This document shows, piece after piece, positions 63,888 through 64,000 of a stretch of DNA of 64,000 nt. Position 1 is the stretch's first letter. Each line of letters begins with the position of its first letter. Under the pieces are notes generated by a model that was not told the origin of the DNA, did not search any database, and worked only from the letters and a program-made list of their open reading frames with translations. A program made the position numbers and the translations under genes. Location of the stretch: the IMG/VR virus record IMGVR_UViG_3300021255_001723, positions 6,576 to 70,575 of that record; one strand, 5' to 3'. This DNA comes from a virus. Lineage: Duplodnaviria > Caudoviricetes.

Positions 63888-64000
63888 ATGAGTTTATTTA
63901 AGAAACCGAACGAGTTAGAGTTCGTGACCACCATCAAGATGCTGGTCTATGGTCAGCCGGGTATCGGCAAGTCAACAATGGCACTGAGTGCACCCAATCC
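63888..64000 (+). CDS. AAA ATPase, Sak4/AAA_24-like (3'-truncated by the window edge)
   Basis: MSLFKKP...KMLVYGQPGIGKST Walker A; ATG in AAGAGCAATG. Confidence 0.75.
   Translation, partial: MSLFKKPNELEFVTTIKMLVYGQPGIGKSTMALSAPN

Noticed and set aside
1-64000. Stop-codon reassignment (TAG recoding)
   Set aside because: Long genes are intact in code 11, TAG ends several clear genes (6695, 8791, 10983, 24287), and there is no suppressor tRNA.

Overview
The window is most of the genome of a temperate, long-tailed (siphovirus-type) phage of a Bacteroidales host, probably Prevotella-like. The host is inferred from TAnnTTTG promoters and a T9SS-type cargo gene. An intact attP (3' part of tRNA-Ser(GGA) plus arm repeats) lies between the integrase and the excisionase/repressor genes, so this is the excised form. 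Gene order: end of replication module; early accessory genes; PRTRC ubiquitin-like cassette (6.0-9.9 kb); DUF488 gene and tRNA cluster; a tightly coupled operon of opine dehydrogenase, amidoligase/GNAT-like fusion, ParB-N, ATP-grasp, TerS and TerL (11.6-18.1 kb); portal; MuF with a metallopeptidase extension; capsid; tail; AT-rich reverse-strand morons; lysis; early accessory array; integrase/attP; immunity switch; start of an AAA ATPase. Three observations stand out. (1) The packaging-linked operon looks like an undescribed DNA or virion hypermodification pathway, and a tRNA-Gly at 31.6 kb with non-proteinogenic features could be its aminoacyl donor. (2) An ~80-nt promoter/terminator-bounded RNA at 18154-18233 carries exact antisense copies of both motifs shared by the 5' UTRs of about a dozen phage genes, suggesting an sRNA-controlled regulon. 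(3) A second candidate antisense RNA matches the leader of the moron operon. Protein family names come from motif recognition only; no database search was run.
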